From assembly GCA_965215665.1 (NCBI GenBank), contig OZ244110.1:1627062-1691061 (forward strand): a stretch of 64,000 bases of DNA. The letters run 5' to 3'. The notes below the pieces were generated by a model. It saw only the letters and a list, made by a program, of their open reading frames with translations, had not been told where the DNA came from and did not search any database. This stretch comes from an uncultured Methylophaga sp. GTDB taxonomy: Bacteria; Pseudomonadota; Gammaproteobacteria; Nitrosococcales; Methylophagaceae. A program made the translations under genes and the position numbers. Below are positions 51,884 to 62,249 of this stretch, in pieces; positions within the stretch are counted from its first letter, which is position 1, and each line of letters opens with the position of its first letter.

Positions 51884-52285
51884 ATGAAAAAACGTCTACA
51901 AGTCGCTGTCGCGATTATTGTTAATAATGATGAACAGGTTTTAATTGCACGCCGTCATGCGCATCAGCATCAAGGTGATCTGTGGGAATTTCCGGGAGGT
52001 AAGCGTGAAGCCGATGAAACCCGGTTAGAGGCTCTGCAACGAGAAATTTACGAAGAGGTCGGGTTACAGGTTGAGCAGGCTGACCCCTTAATGCAGATCG
52101 TTCATGATTATCCAGATTTGCAGGTCGAGCTTGACGTCTGGTTAGTGACTGAATTTTCCGGTGAAGCAACGGGAAAGGAAGGGCAGCCATTGGTGTGGTG
52201 TCCATTAGCTGAATTATCTGCCAGAGAATTTCCTGCTGCGAATATGCAGATTATTGAGCGGTTAACTAATCTCTACTTTGTTTAG
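51884..52285 (+). CDS. mutT: 8-oxo-dGTP diphosphatase (Nudix)
   Basis: WEFPGGK.E..E....ALQREIYEEVG Nudix box, GKEGQ, FPAAN. Confidence 0.9.
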   Translation: MKKRLQVAVAIIVNNDEQVLIARRHAHQHQGDLWEFPGGKREADETRLEALQREIYEEVGLQVEQADPLMQIVHDYPDLQVELDVWLVTEFSGEATGKEGQPLVWCPLAELSAREFPAANMQIIERLTNLYFV

Positions 52286-52325
52286 CAACCAGTCAGTGGT
52301 AGTAAAGAAAGCGCATTAGCAATAA

Positions 52326-52511
52326 TTAATGAAACGAGTTGGGATCGTCTTCCGGATCAATGACAGGCTCTCCAGGTATGCGATGATTTCCTGCCGCCCA
52401 TTCACCCAAGTCAATTAATTTACAGCGCTCACAGCAGAACGGCTTCCATTTGTTGTCATCAGTCCATTCAACTTTACGTCCGCATTGTGGACAATTTACT
52501 TTCAATACCAT
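52326..52511 (-). CDS. yacG: DNA gyrase inhibitor YacG
   Basis: VNCPQCG...PFCCERCKLIDLGEWA. Confidence 0.95.
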   Translation of the reverse strand: MVLKVNCPQCGRKVEWTDDNKWKPFCCERCKLIDLGEWAAGNHRIPGEPVIDPEDDPNSFH

Positions 52512-52513
52512 AA

Positions 52514-53284
52514 TTACATTGTGCAACAGCTAAGCTGAAAATCCGCATCATCATTAATTTGTTGAGGACGCTGATTAATATCAAACGTCATAAAACGCAC
52601 CGTGAAACGGTGTTTGCCACCACTTATTTCCGGGTAATAAGGCGTGCTTGAAGGAATACGAACCCGAATTAACTGGGTTGGCAGATTACTGTCCAGGCTG
52701 CGTTGATAAAATCCCTTCTCTGCCTGAGCACCACTGAAACCGGCACTGCCGCGAATCAGTTGCAGCGAAATATTTATCGCCCCACGTACTGCTACAAACT
52801 GTTCCAGCCAGTAATTTAATTGTTGCTGGCGTTGTTCAACAGAGGAATGTTGTAACCAGTAATGGTAGGCAGGTAAATCAAAATCACAGGTGCCGCCGGC
52901 AATGCTGGAACGTTGACGGATGCTGTAAAGAAACTCATTTTCTTTTAAAACCTGACCAATGGACGTTTTACGAATCTGAAGAGCATCGAGCGTCTGGTCC
53001 AGTTCAGCAAGTAATGCATCCAAGGTTTCTTTGTCGACACCGGGCGAGTTTTCCAATGCGGATAGATTGGTAATGAGCCGTTCAACTTCCTTGGTCACTT
53101 CGGACTTCATATCGCCCCGTTCAAATACCTGCAACATACTCAACATGGCATCAATGGCTTCACGATGACTCATTTCATCATCATGCTGCATGGCAAAATC
53201 CACACGTGCCAACAGAAATTCCAGTCTCAGGAATGTTCTTATGCGTTCATTCAGTGGTTGTTCGTATGTGATAACGTCGGACAT
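52514..53284 (-). CDS. zapD: Cell division protein ZapD
   Basis: YEQPLNERIRTFLRLE, GGTCDFDLP, YPEISGGKHRF. Confidence 0.96.
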   Translation of the reverse strand: MSDVITYEQPLNERIRTFLRLEFLLARVDFAMQHDDEMSHREAIDAMLSMLQVFERGDMKSEVTKEVERLITNLSALENSPGVDKETLDALLAELDQTLDALQIRKTSIGQVLKENEFLYSIRQRSSIAGGTCDFDLPAYHYWLQHSSVEQRQQQLNYWLEQFVAVRGAINISLQLIRGSAGFSGAQAEKGFYQRSLDSNLPTQLIRVRIPSSTPYYPEISGGKHRFTVRFMTFDINQRPQQINDDADFQLSCCTM

Positions 53285-53329
53285 AGTGTGTTTTTTATCA
53301 TTTACATAAGGTCAGCTTGATGACCGGGA

Positions 53330-53938
53330 TTAATTTTGCGTCGTTTCTGCCAGCTGACAATATAACGCATGCAGTTGAGTAACCTGAAATTTCAATTTTT
53401 CAATTCCATCACTATTGTCGATGATATCGTGAGCACATTGCAATCGCTGTTCGCGGTTTGATTGAGCCGCAAGATGTTGAGCAGCCTCTTCAATAGTTAG
53501 ATTGTCTCGGTTTTGCAGACGCTCAAATTGGGTTTGGTGATCCACATCAACGACCAGAATACGATCGACGCACGTCTGCATCTTGGCTTCAACTAACAAC
53601 GGTACGCTCAAAATACAGTAACGGCTTTTGGCATTTGCTGACTGTTGTAGCAGTTGTTGGCGAATTGCTGGGTGCAGGATTTGTTCGAGCATTTTTTTGG
53701 CTGCAGCATCGGAGAACAGCAGCTTGCGTAATGCAGGTCGGTTTAACTGTTCATCTGCAAGCACATAATGACTGCCAAATTGCTCAACGATTTGCTGGTA
53801 TTGGGGGGTACCAGGCTGGCTCAGTTCACGGGCAATAATATCGGCATCAATAACGGTAACGCCCAGCTCTGCAAATAATGTTGAGACAGTTGATTTGCCT
53901 GATGCAATGCCGCCGGTTAGGCCAACCCGAAACACCAT
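53330..53938 (-). CDS. coaE: Dephospho-CoA kinase
   Basis: GLTGGIASGKS, DADIIAR, VPLLVE, ADIIDN-like C-terminus. Confidence 0.96.
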   Translation of the reverse strand: MVFRVGLTGGIASGKSTVSTLFAELGVTVIDADIIARELSQPGTPQYQQIVEQFGSHYVLADEQLNRPALRKLLFSDAAAKKMLEQILHPAIRQQLLQQSANAKSRYCILSVPLLVEAKMQTCVDRILVVDVDHQTQFERLQNRDNLTIEEAAQHLAAQSNREQRLQCAHDIIDNSDGIEKLKFQVTQLHALYCQLAETTQN

Positions 53939-53939
53939 T

Positions 53940-54809
53940 TCAGCTTAATCCGCTCCAATTCAGATATCCGGTGGTCAGAGCGTCGCCCCATATCAGCGCC
54001 AGCCAGCCGGCTGCTGCCAGATAAGGACCAAATGGAATTGGAATATCCCGATGCTGTTGTTTTAACAAAATCAGGCTGATACCAACTAATGCACCAACTA
54101 AAGAGGATAATAAAACGATCATTGGCAACGCCTGCCAACCCATCCAGGCCCCCAAGGCTGCCAGCAGCTTAAAATCGCCATAGCCCATGCCTTCCTTACC
54201 TGTGACCAAACGAAAAGCGTGATACACCAGCCAAAGCGCCAGATAACCGGCAATGGCACCAATAACGGCAGAGCTAATGTCGGTATAGATAGCAAACAGG
54301 TTAAAACTGAGTCCTAACCACAATAAGGGTAAAGTAATGCTGTCGGGCAACAGTTGATGATCAACATCGATAAACGTCAACGCGAGCAGAGACCAACTTA
54401 ACAATAAGGCTCCCACTACGGCAATGCCGAAACCAAAGTGCCATGCCACTATCGCTGAGATCCCTGCAGTGAATAATTCAATCAGCGGATAGCGTTTGGA
54501 AATTGGCGCTTTGCATTCCTTGCAACGGCCTTTCAGAGCGAGATAACTGAGTACCGGAATATTTTCCAATGCAGTAATAGCATGACTGCAATGCGGACAG
54601 CGAGAGCGCGGTTTGCTTAACGTAAGTTCATCTGTCCCAGGTTCAGTTGTTCCAATCAATTCATGGCACTGTTGGGCCCACTCACGCTGCATCATCAGCG
54701 GCAGTCGGTGAATCACCACATTGAGAAAGCTGCCTACCAGTAATCCCAGAATGAAAATACTGGCAATAAAAAAAATGCTGGAGGTTTCCAGCAGATAAAT
54801 TAGCGACAT
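53940..54809 (-). CDS. pilD: Prepilin peptidase/N-methyltransferase
   Basis: GSFLNVVIHRLP, RSRCPHC, GRCKEC, IDVDHQLLPD, GMGYGDFKL, PFGPYLA; start placed at ATG 54809. Confidence 0.97.
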   Translation of the reverse strand: MSLIYLLETSSIFFIASIFILGLLVGSFLNVVIHRLPLMMQREWAQQCHELIGTTEPGTDELTLSKPRSRCPHCSHAITALENIPVLSYLALKGRCKECKAPISKRYPLIELFTAGISAIVAWHFGFGIAVVGALLLSWSLLALTFIDVDHQLLPDSITLPLLWLGLSFNLFAIYTDISSAVIGAIAGYLALWLVYHAFRLVTGKEGMGYGDFKLLAALGAWMGWQALPMIVLLSSLVGALVGISLILLKQQHRDIPIPFGPYLAAAGWLALIWGDALTTGYLNWSGLS

Positions 54810-54813
54810 AGGA

Positions 54814-56061
54814 TTAAACGACAGCGCCGAGTTTGAAAATCGGCAAGTACATGGCAATAACCAGTGTACCGATCAAAACACCCAGGAAAGCCATGATAAA
54901 TGGCTCCATCAACGCGGTCATATTATCAACAGCATCATCCACTTCACGTTCAAAAAAGTCAGCGACTTTCGCCAGCATTGCATCGAGTGAACCGGATTCT
55001 TCACCGATGGAAACCATCTGAATCACCATATTTGGAAATAATTCCGTATCGGTCATGGCTTTATTTAATTGGGTACCGGTAGAGACATCATCACGCATTT
55101 CCAGCGTGGCTTCGTTATAAACTATATTACCGGTGGCGCCGGCTACCGAGGTCATCGCCTCAACCATTGGCACACCGGCTTTGAACATAACCGAAAACGT
55201 TCTGGCAAAACGGGCAATTGCACCTTTGGTTAATACATCGCCGATGACCGGTAATTTTAATAGCATGCGATCCATAAAATGCTGAACCTTGCGAGAGCGG
55301 CGTCGTGCTGCCATAAAGCCCATTACCGAGCCAATAATGCTGCCAAAAATTAACCACCAGTAATCCTGAAATACCTGGGAAATGCTGATGACCATTTTTG
55401 TAAGGCCCGGTAGGTCCGCACCAAACCCGGTAAACAAAGCCTGAAATTGTGGAATAACAAAAATCATCAAAATCGCCGTGACGATAAACGCCACCACCAT
55501 GATAGCTGTTGGATAAACCAGCGCTTTTTTAATCTTGGACTTAAGTGCCTCAGTCTTTTCCTGATAGGTAGCGATCTCATGCAACAGGGCTTCTAAAGTA
55601 CCGGATTGTTCACCAGCGTTGATAAGACTGATATAGAGATCATCAAAATGTAGTGGGAATTTGGCTAATGACTCCGCCAGACTGGTACCTGATTCAACAT
55701 CGGCTTTAATCGCCAGAATCATTTCCTGCATACTGGCATTTTCATGCCCTTCGCCAATGATTTGCAGTGATTGCATCATCGGCACACCGGAAGACATCAT
55801 GGTGGCCAGCATTCTGCTGAAGATAGCAATGTGAACCGGTTTGATTTTGGGTTTGCGGGGAGCAAATAAATCCTTGGGTTTACGACGTACTTTTCCCGGC
55901 GTAATACCTTGGCGGCGTAAATCTGCACGAACAGCCTGAACACTATCACCCGCCTGTTCACCTTTAACCTTACGGCCGGCTTTATTTGTACCTTGCCAGA
56001 TAAACAGGTTCGGTAATTCGGCTTTTTTTGGTTTAAGTTTAGCTTTAGCTGCTGTGGCCAC
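54814..56061 (-). CDS. pilC: Type IV pilus inner-membrane platform protein
   Basis: GEQSGTLE, KKALVYP, GEESGSLDAML, MYLPIFKLG. Confidence 0.96.
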   Translation of the reverse strand: MATAAKAKLKPKKAELPNLFIWQGTNKAGRKVKGEQAGDSVQAVRADLRRQGITPGKVRRKPKDLFAPRKPKIKPVHIAIFSRMLATMMSSGVPMMQSLQIIGEGHENASMQEMILAIKADVESGTSLAESLAKFPLHFDDLYISLINAGEQSGTLEALLHEIATYQEKTEALKSKIKKALVYPTAIMVVAFIVTAILMIFVIPQFQALFTGFGADLPGLTKMVISISQVFQDYWWLIFGSIIGSVMGFMAARRRSRKVQHFMDRMLLKLPVIGDVLTKGAIARFARTFSVMFKAGVPMVEAMTSVAGATGNIVYNEATLEMRDDVSTGTQLNKAMTDTELFPNMVIQMVSIGEESGSLDAMLAKVADFFEREVDDAVDNMTALMEPFIMAFLGVLIGTLVIAMYLPIFKLGAVV

Positions 56062-56064
56062 GGT

Positions 56065-57783
56065 TTATTCCTTAATGACGCGGTTAATTTCTTCCAAACT
56101 GGTCGCTCCGGCCATGACCTTTTTCAGACCGGATGCACGCAAATCATCAATCCCTTCAGCTTTTGCCTGATCCGCAAGTTGAATCGAATTTCCGCCTTCC
56201 ATAATCATGCGACCCATTGCTTCGGATACGGGCATGACTTGATAAATACCAACACGACCTTTATACCCTTCGGTGCAATGTTCGCAACCTACAGCGTGGT
56301 AAACTTTGAAATCTGTCGCAATTTGTTCAGCACTGAAACCTTCTTCAATCAAGGTTTCTTTTGGTAATGTTTCTCCCTTTTTACAATGCTGACAAAGTCG
56401 ACGTGCCAGACGCTGCGCAATAATCAACGTTACAGCGGAAGCAATATTAAACGCAGGAACACCCATATTGGCGAGGCGGGTCAGTGTTTGTGGGGCATCG
56501 TTTGTATGCAGTGTGGAAAACACCATATGACCAGTCTGCGCAGCCTTAATCGCTATTTCAGCGGTTTCCAGATCGCGGATCTCACCGACCATGATGACAT
56601 CAGGATCCTGACGTAAAAACGCTCTCAGGCATTCGGTAAACCCCAGCCCGATCTGCGGATGTACATTGACCTGATTGATGCCTGGTAGATTAATCTCAGC
56701 CGGATCTTCAGCAGTGGAAATATTGCGATCATCAGTATTGAGAATATTTAAAGCGGTATACAGAGAAACGGTTTTACCACTGCCTGTCGGACCAGTGACC
56801 AGCACCATACCGTATGGTTTGTGCATGGTTTCCATAAAGATTTCTTTCTGATCTTCCTCATAACCCAATGCATCAATACCTAATTGGGCGCTGGTGGGAT
56901 CAAGAATACGCAACACGATTTTTTCGCCGAACAGGGTCGGGCAGGTGCTGACACGAAAATCGATGGCTTTGGATTTGGATATTTTCAACCGCATCCGCCC
57001 ATCCTGAGGTACCCGACGTTCAGCAATATTCATTCTAGACAGGACTTTCAGCCGTGCGGCAATACGTCCGCCAAGCACCACCGGTGCTGTTTTGGTTTCA
57101 TGCAGGATGCCATCAATACGCACTCGAACACGGTATTTTTTCTCGTAGGGTTCAAAGTGAATATCCGAGGCACCAGCTTTGATCGCCTGAGTCAGAATAC
57201 CATTGATAAATCTGACGACCGGAGTGTCATCGATATTTTTTTCAGTGAGTTCTGCACCACGATCAGCATCATCATCGGGACCCAGATCAATATCATCCAG
57301 CTCAGCATCATCAAAATCATCCAGAACCTGGTTTTTGTTATCCAGTGCTTTTTCGATTGTGACGGATAATTTCTGTTCATCGACCAGTACAGGGTAAGTA
57401 TTCAGAGCAGTGTTGAACTGGAATTCGTCCAGAGCCTGAAGATTAGTAGGATCAGAAACGGCCACATAAAGGCGCTTACCACGTTGGAACAACGGCAGAG
57501 CGTTATGCTGACGGATGAGTTTTTCCTGGAACAGGCTCGTTGGAGCAAGTTCCATATTCATACTGTCGAGGTCAAATAGAGGAACGCCAAATTCCTGAGA
57601 GGCAATCGCACCGATGACATCGCTATCAAGCAGTTTGTTATTGACCAGATAGGTTACAAAGGATTGTGAAGCCTGTTTAGCCGTAACCTGAGCAGTCTGT
57701 GCCTGCTCATCACTCAGCAACCCTTCACTTACAAGTCGTCTTGCAAGACCGCTTAGTCTGATTGGTGCTGTCATATTTGCCAT
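56065..57783 (-). CDS. pilB: Type IV pilus assembly ATPase
   Basis: ASDIHFEP, ERRVPQDGR, GPTGSGKT, TAEDPAE, LRQDPDVIMVGEIRD, STLHTN. Confidence 0.97.
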   Translation of the reverse strand: MANMTAPIRLSGLARRLVSEGLLSDEQAQTAQVTAKQASQSFVTYLVNNKLLDSDVIGAIASQEFGVPLFDLDSMNMELAPTSLFQEKLIRQHNALPLFQRGKRLYVAVSDPTNLQALDEFQFNTALNTYPVLVDEQKLSVTIEKALDNKNQVLDDFDDAELDDIDLGPDDDADRGAELTEKNIDDTPVVRFINGILTQAIKAGASDIHFEPYEKKYRVRVRIDGILHETKTAPVVLGGRIAARLKVLSRMNIAERRVPQDGRMRLKISKSKAIDFRVSTCPTLFGEKIVLRILDPTSAQLGIDALGYEEDQKEIFMETMHKPYGMVLVTGPTGSGKTVSLYTALNILNTDDRNISTAEDPAEINLPGINQVNVHPQIGLGFTECLRAFLRQDPDVIMVGEIRDLETAEIAIKAAQTGHMVFSTLHTNDAPQTLTRLANMGVPAFNIASAVTLIIAQRLARRLCQHCKKGETLPKETLIEEGFSAEQIATDFKVYHAVGCEHCTEGYKGRVGIYQVMPVSEAMGRMIMEGGNSIQLADQAKAEGIDDLRASGLKKVMAGATSLEEINRVIKE

Positions 57784-57929
57784 TACAGGACGCTATTCCT
57801 TAATATAAAGCTAATTTTTTAATGCACTTATAATATGTAAGTTGAATAATAAATTCTAGTTTCCAATGTGGGCCAGTTGCCGGTTTTCCTGTGTATACTG
57901 CCTGCCTTTACAGCATCGGGGAAGACATC

Positions 57930-58058
57930 ATGCGAAAAATTTCTGGCTGGAAAACTCTGGCGATCCTCCTGTGTACTATAGGATTACTGACCTCATGCGG
58001 CCTGAAGGGTGATTTATACCTGCCTGAAGGAAACGCCAACACTATGAAGGTTGCCTAA
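57930..58058 (+). CDS. lptM: Small lipoprotein LptM/YifL (42 aa)
   Basis: Manual translation MRKISGWKTLAILLCTIGLLTSCGLKGDLYLPEGNANTMKVA; lipobox LTSC followed by the G(L/Q)KG.LYLP signature; upstream of lysA. Below the ORF-track cutoff. Confidence 0.88.
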   Translation: MRKISGWKTLAILLCTIGLLTSCGLKGDLYLPEGNANTMKVA

Positions 58059-58062
58059 AAAA

Positions 58063-59316
58063 ATGCAGGATTATTTCACTCAAAAACACGGTGAGTTGCA
58101 TGCCGAGCAGCAATCGTTAATTGATTTGGCGGCGCAATTTGGCACTCCTACTTATGTGTATTCCAGAGCTGCACTTGAACAGCATTGGAAAGCCTTTGAT
58201 GATGCATTCAGTGCTTATCGGCATTTGGTCTGTTACGCAGTCAAAGCTAACTCAAATCTGGCGGTGCTGAATGTGCTGGCCAGACTGGGCTCGGGTTTTG
58301 ATATTGTGTCTGCCGGTGAATTAGCTCGCGTCATTGCAGCAGGTGGCCAAGCGGAGAAAACTGTGTTTTCTGGGGTTGGTAAAACCGCTGAAGAAATTAG
58401 TTATGCGTTGAAAACCGGTATTCGCTGTTTTAATGTGGAGTCGATCCCTGAGCTGCAACGTATCAGTAACGTGGCAGTCAGTCTTGAAAAAACGGCTCCG
58501 ATTTCCATACGGGTCAATCCAGATGTTGATGCGCAAACCCATCCGTATATTTCCACTGGCCTAAAAGAAAACAAATTTGGCATTGCGATTGATGATGCGC
58601 TGGCGGTGTATCAGCAGGCAGCTTCTTTGCCAAATCTGCAGGTGATTGGCGTGGATTGCCATATTGGTTCCCAACTGACTTCCGTTTCACCATTTGTTGA
58701 TGCTCTGGAACGAGTGTTGGCGTTGATCGATGCGTTGGCTGAGCAGGGTATTCATATTAAACATCTCGATATCGGTGGTGGACTGGGGATTTGTTATCGC
58801 GATGAAAAACCGCCGACTCCTGCTGAATACGCCAAAGCAATGCAGGCATTATTAAAAGAACGTGATTTGGAAATCATGCTTGAACCAGGCCGGGCAATTG
58901 CAGGTAATGCTGGTGTGTTGCTGACAAAAGTGGAATATATTAAAGCCTCAGAAGCTAAAAACTTCGCCATCGTTGACGCCGCGATGAATGATTTATTACG
59001 TCCGGCATTGTATCAATCATGGATGGCGATTGAAGCGGTCAAACCCCGGCAGGATGAAGCTGAACAGGACTTTGATATTGTCGGTCCGGTCTGTGAAACC
59101 GGTGACTTTTTAGGCAAGGATCGCAGTCTGGCTATTCAAAGCGGAGATTTACTGGCGATTCGCTCCGCTGGGGCGTATGGTTTTACCATGAGTTCCAATT
59201 ACAACTCGCGTCCGCGTGCCGCTGAAATTATGGTCGATGGAACAAATATGCATGTGGCGCGACAACGCGAGTCAGTTGAAAGCCTATATGCAGGTGAGCA
59301 GGTATTGCAGGATTAA
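58063..59316 (+). CDS. lysA: Diaminopimelate decarboxylase
   Basis: [21 protein letters not shown]-like [27 protein letters not shown]. Confidence 0.98.
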   Translation: MQDYFTQKHGELHAEQQSLIDLAAQFGTPTYVYSRAALEQHWKAFDDAFSAYRHLVCYAVKANSNLAVLNVLARLGSGFDIVSAGELARVIAAGGQAEKTVFSGVGKTAEEISYALKTGIRCFNVESIPELQRISNVAVSLEKTAPISIRVNPDVDAQTHPYISTGLKENKFGIAIDDALAVYQQAASLPNLQVIGVDCHIGSQLTSVSPFVDALERVLALIDALAEQGIHIKHLDIGGGLGICYRDEKPPTPAEYAKAMQALLKERDLEIMLEPGRAIAGNAGVLLTKVEYIKASEAKNFAIVDAAMNDLLRPALYQSWMAIEAVKPRQDEAEQDFDIVGPVCETGDFLGKDRSLAIQSGDLLAIRSAGAYGFTMSSNYNSRPRAAEIMVDGTNMHVARQRESVESLYAGEQVLQD

Positions 59317-59320
59317 TCCT

Positions 59321-60169
59321 ATGTTGAAGTTCAGCAAAATGCATGGTCTGGGTAATGATTTTGTGGTGATTGATGCCATCAATCAGTCTGTGCAGCTGAC
59401 CACTGAGCAAATTCGTTTTATGGCGGACCGACATATCGGTATCGGCTGTGATCAATTATTGCTGGTGGAAAACAGTGATCTGAAAAATGTCGATTTTCGT
59501 TATCGGATTTTTAACGCTGATGGCGGTGAAGTATCTCAATGCGGTAATGGCGCACGTTGTTTTGCCAGATATGTACATGACAATGGCCTTACCACCAAGG
59601 ATTCAATTGCAGTTGAAACGGCTTCCGGGGTGATTTATCCCACCTTGCAGGCGGATGGTCAGGTCTGTGTTGATATGGGAAAACCTCGCTTCTCGCCAGA
59701 ACAAGTCCCATTTAACGTGGCTGAGCAGAGTAATACCTATATGCTGGCGGTGGAACCAGGACGTCAGGTGGAAATTGCTGCATTATCAATGGGCAATCCC
59801 CATGCGGTTTTATTGGTCGATGATGTGACCACCGCGCCTGTCAGCGAGTTGGGACCTAAAATTGAAAACCATCAGCAGTTTCCGGAACGGGTCAATGTCG
59901 GTTTTATGCAGCTGATAGATCACGAGCATATTAAATTGCGGGTGTATGAACGTGGCTCTGCTGAGACAACGGCTTGTGGTACCGGAGCCTGTGCGGCAGT
60001 GGTCAGTGGAATTCGTCGCGGAATACTTGGACGTCAGGTCAGTGTTTTACTGCCGGGCGGCACATTAGAAATCAGCTGGCCGGATGAAAATTCTTCCGTA
60101 TGGATGACCGGACCAGCACAACATGTATTTGATGGAGAAATTGCGTGGGCAACACTCAACAATCTGTAA
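59321..60169 (+). CDS. dapF: Diaminopimelate epimerase
   Basis: [38 protein letters not shown]; start placed at ATG 59321. Confidence 0.98.
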   Translation: MLKFSKMHGLGNDFVVIDAINQSVQLTTEQIRFMADRHIGIGCDQLLLVENSDLKNVDFRYRIFNADGGEVSQCGNGARCFARYVHDNGLTTKDSIAVETASGVIYPTLQADGQVCVDMGKPRFSPEQVPFNVAEQSNTYMLAVEPGRQVEIAALSMGNPHAVLLVDDVTTAPVSELGPKIENHQQFPERVNVGFMQLIDHEHIKLRVYERGSAETTACGTGACAAVVSGIRRGILGRQVSVLLPGGTLEISWPDENSSVWMTGPAQHVFDGEIAWATLNNL

Positions 60170-60855
60170 GCGCTGAGCAGGTCAGTGAATTTTTACGCCA
60201 GCACACAGATTTTTTAATCGATCAGCCGGATTTATTGTCCGAACTGGAATTCGAAAACACACCTGAAGGCACCATTTCGCTGGCACAGCGTCAACGTCAG
60301 CAATTACGCCAGAAAAATCAGCATCTGCATGAACAACTGCATGCTTTAATCGATAATGCGCATAGCAATGCTGCATTGCAGCAGAGAGTCCATCAACTCT
60401 GTCTGCGACTAATGGACTGTCAGGATATGCACAGCCTGCTGGCAACGCTGATGCAACAATTACAGCAAGAATTCTCGGCTGACGAAGTGTCGCTAAGACT
60501 GTTTTACAGTGGCGATCAAAAACCGAAATTACCGCCAGTCGAAGGCAACATCGTCGAAATGCATGCTGATGACAGCCAACTGAAAGCATTTGATCATATT
60601 CTGGGCAAGCAGCTACCGGTTTGTGGCCGACTGACCAAAGCGCAGAAACAATTACTGTTCGGTGAAAAAGCCGATGAAGTGCATTCGGTGGCCTGTTTAC
60701 CATTAGGACACGAGCCCTGTGCCGGTTTACTGGCAATTGCCAGCAGTGATGCCAACCGCTTTCATGCCGATATGGGCACTGAATATCTGAGCTTTCTCGG
60801 CGAAGTGTTTATGCGTCTGCTGCGCCGTTTCTGCCACGGCCAGAATGACAGCTGA
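60145..60855 (+). CDS. DUF484 (YigA) family protein
   Basis: [32 protein letters not shown]; canonical dapF-yigA-xerC order. Confidence 0.9.
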   Translation: MGNTQQSVSAEQVSEFLRQHTDFLIDQPDLLSELEFENTPEGTISLAQRQRQQLRQKNQHLHEQLHALIDNAHSNAALQQRVHQLCLRLMDCQDMHSLLATLMQQLQQEFSADEVSLRLFYSGDQKPKLPPVEGNIVEMHADDSQLKAFDHILGKQLPVCGRLTKAQKQLLFGEKADEVHSVACLPLGHEPCAGLLAIASSDANRFHADMGTEYLSFLGEVFMRLLRRFCHGQNDS

Positions 60856-61753
60856 TCTGCAAACACCTCTGCAGGATTTTCTGCAGTATCTGGAGCAACA
60901 GCGCCGGGTTTCGCCGCATACCGTACTCAATTATCAGCGTGATTGTCAGCAATTAATTGAATACTGCCAGCAACAATCCTTTACCGATTGGCAACAACTT
61001 AAACCGGCAGATATTCGTCTGTTTATTGCCCGGCTGCATCGTAAAGGTCTGGGCGCTCGCAGTATTCACCGTTTACTGTCCGCCGTTCGCAGTTTTTATC
61101 GTTATTTGCTCAAAGAAGGCCTGGTCGATCATAATCCAGCGCAATCAGTGCAGGCACCCAAAGCCGAAAAGCGTTTACCGAAAACCCTTGACGTCGACCA
61201 AATGAATTCATTACTTGATAGCACACCGGCTGACACTTTTGTCGCCTGTCGCGATCGAGCGATTATGGAATTATTTTATTCCTCCGGCCTGCGGCTGGCA
61301 GAGCTGGCAGCATTGGATTTACGTGATGTCGATTTTGGCCAGCAGCTGGTGCATGTCATTGCCGGTAAAGGTAATAAAGGAAGAATTTTGCCGATTGGCC
61401 GTACCGCGATTGAGGCACTGAAAGTCTGGCTCGATAAACGTGATCAGAACGGTCTGTATCAACAACCAGCATTGTTTACTACGCAGCAAGGCAAGCGCCT
61501 TGGTGTACGTTCCATCCAGCAACGACTGGCTTTCTGGGGCAAAAAACACGGTATCTCCGAACATGTGCATCCGCATCGGCTACGGCATGCATTTGCCTCG
61601 CATATGCTGGAATCCAGCAGTGACTTGAGAGCCGTGCAGGAGTTGTTGGGACACTCGGATATCAGCACAACGCAAGTCTATACCCATCTGGATTTTCTGC
61701 ACCTGGCGAAGGTTTATGATGCCGCACATCCTCGGGCTAAGAAGCGTTCTTGA
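60845..61753 (+). CDS. xerC: Chromosomal tyrosine recombinase XerC
   Basis: SPHT..NY.RD, RLPKTL, RDRAIMELFYSSGLR..EL, GKGNK.R, HPHRLRHAFASHMLE, VQELLGH, TQVYTH. Confidence 0.96.
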   Translation: MTADLQTPLQDFLQYLEQQRRVSPHTVLNYQRDCQQLIEYCQQQSFTDWQQLKPADIRLFIARLHRKGLGARSIHRLLSAVRSFYRYLLKEGLVDHNPAQSVQAPKAEKRLPKTLDVDQMNSLLDSTPADTFVACRDRAIMELFYSSGLRLAELAALDLRDVDFGQQLVHVIAGKGNKGRILPIGRTAIEALKVWLDKRDQNGLYQQPALFTTQQGKRLGVRSIQQRLAFWGKKHGISEHVHPHRLRHAFASHMLESSSDLRAVQELLGHSDISTTQVYTHLDFLHLAKVYDAAHPRAKKRS

Positions 61754-61894
61754 GATATTAACCACAGAGGCACAGAGGGCACTGAGAGTTAAAAGCGATT
61801 TATCCGCAGATTTTTGATAAATAGCTTTTAGCAAAAGATCATTAACTAAATACCAAAGTTCGCTAAATCAAATCAGATTGAAATGTGATTTTCC

Positions 61895-61926
61895 GTAGGT
61901 TGGCGCTGAGCCTGCGAAGCCCAACA
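61895..61926 (+). repeat. GTAG-tagged REP-like hairpin
   Basis: GTAG followed by GTTGG...CTGAGCCTGCGAAG...CCAAC imperfect palindrome. Confidence 0.65.
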
Positions 61927-61942
61927 TCCCCATGACATACCT

Positions 61943-62212
61943 CAGAGGCTTCCCCCGCTTTTTTTGTGCTGACGAGTAGCGCAGGTTTATCTGGATAAGG
62001 ATTGGACAGTGTCTGATTTGTGGCATCCATGCCTTTCACCCTTCGGGCGCCTTCGGCGTCCAAATTTGTTCCAGACAAATTTGTGAGCACAGCGAGTTTT
62101 GACCAATCCCCAGATAAATCGAGCAACGCAGTGGAGCCGCAGGCCAGCACAAGGGGTGCCCTTGGGTTGTTAGGGGCTTGGGCACGCAAGCCCCTGACTC
62201 GCGAGAGCGAAA
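61943..62212 (+). repeat. Structured repeat motif, copy A
   Basis: CAGAGGCTTCCC...TGTGCTG...long hairpin...GCGAGTTTT...GGAGCCGCAGGCCAGCACAAGGGGTGCC...AGGGGCTT-GGGCACGC-AAGCCCCT...TCGC-GAGA-GCGAAA. Confidence 0.7.
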
Positions 62213-62249
62213 GATCAGCTTAAATAGGCAAAATGAACTTAAAGCATAA

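Noticed and set aside
60845-61753. Integron integrase or prophage integrase next to a repeat cassette
   Set aside because: Canonical dapF-yigA-xerC order and XerC motifs; no IntI-specific insertion, attC-type cassette ORFs or phage genes.
61969-62212. Possible hammerhead ribozyme (CTGACGAG ... CGAAA) in copy A
   Set aside because: Copy B lacks CUGANGA at the equivalent position, the CTG is engaged in the conserved stem, and no stem I/III with an NUH site could be built.
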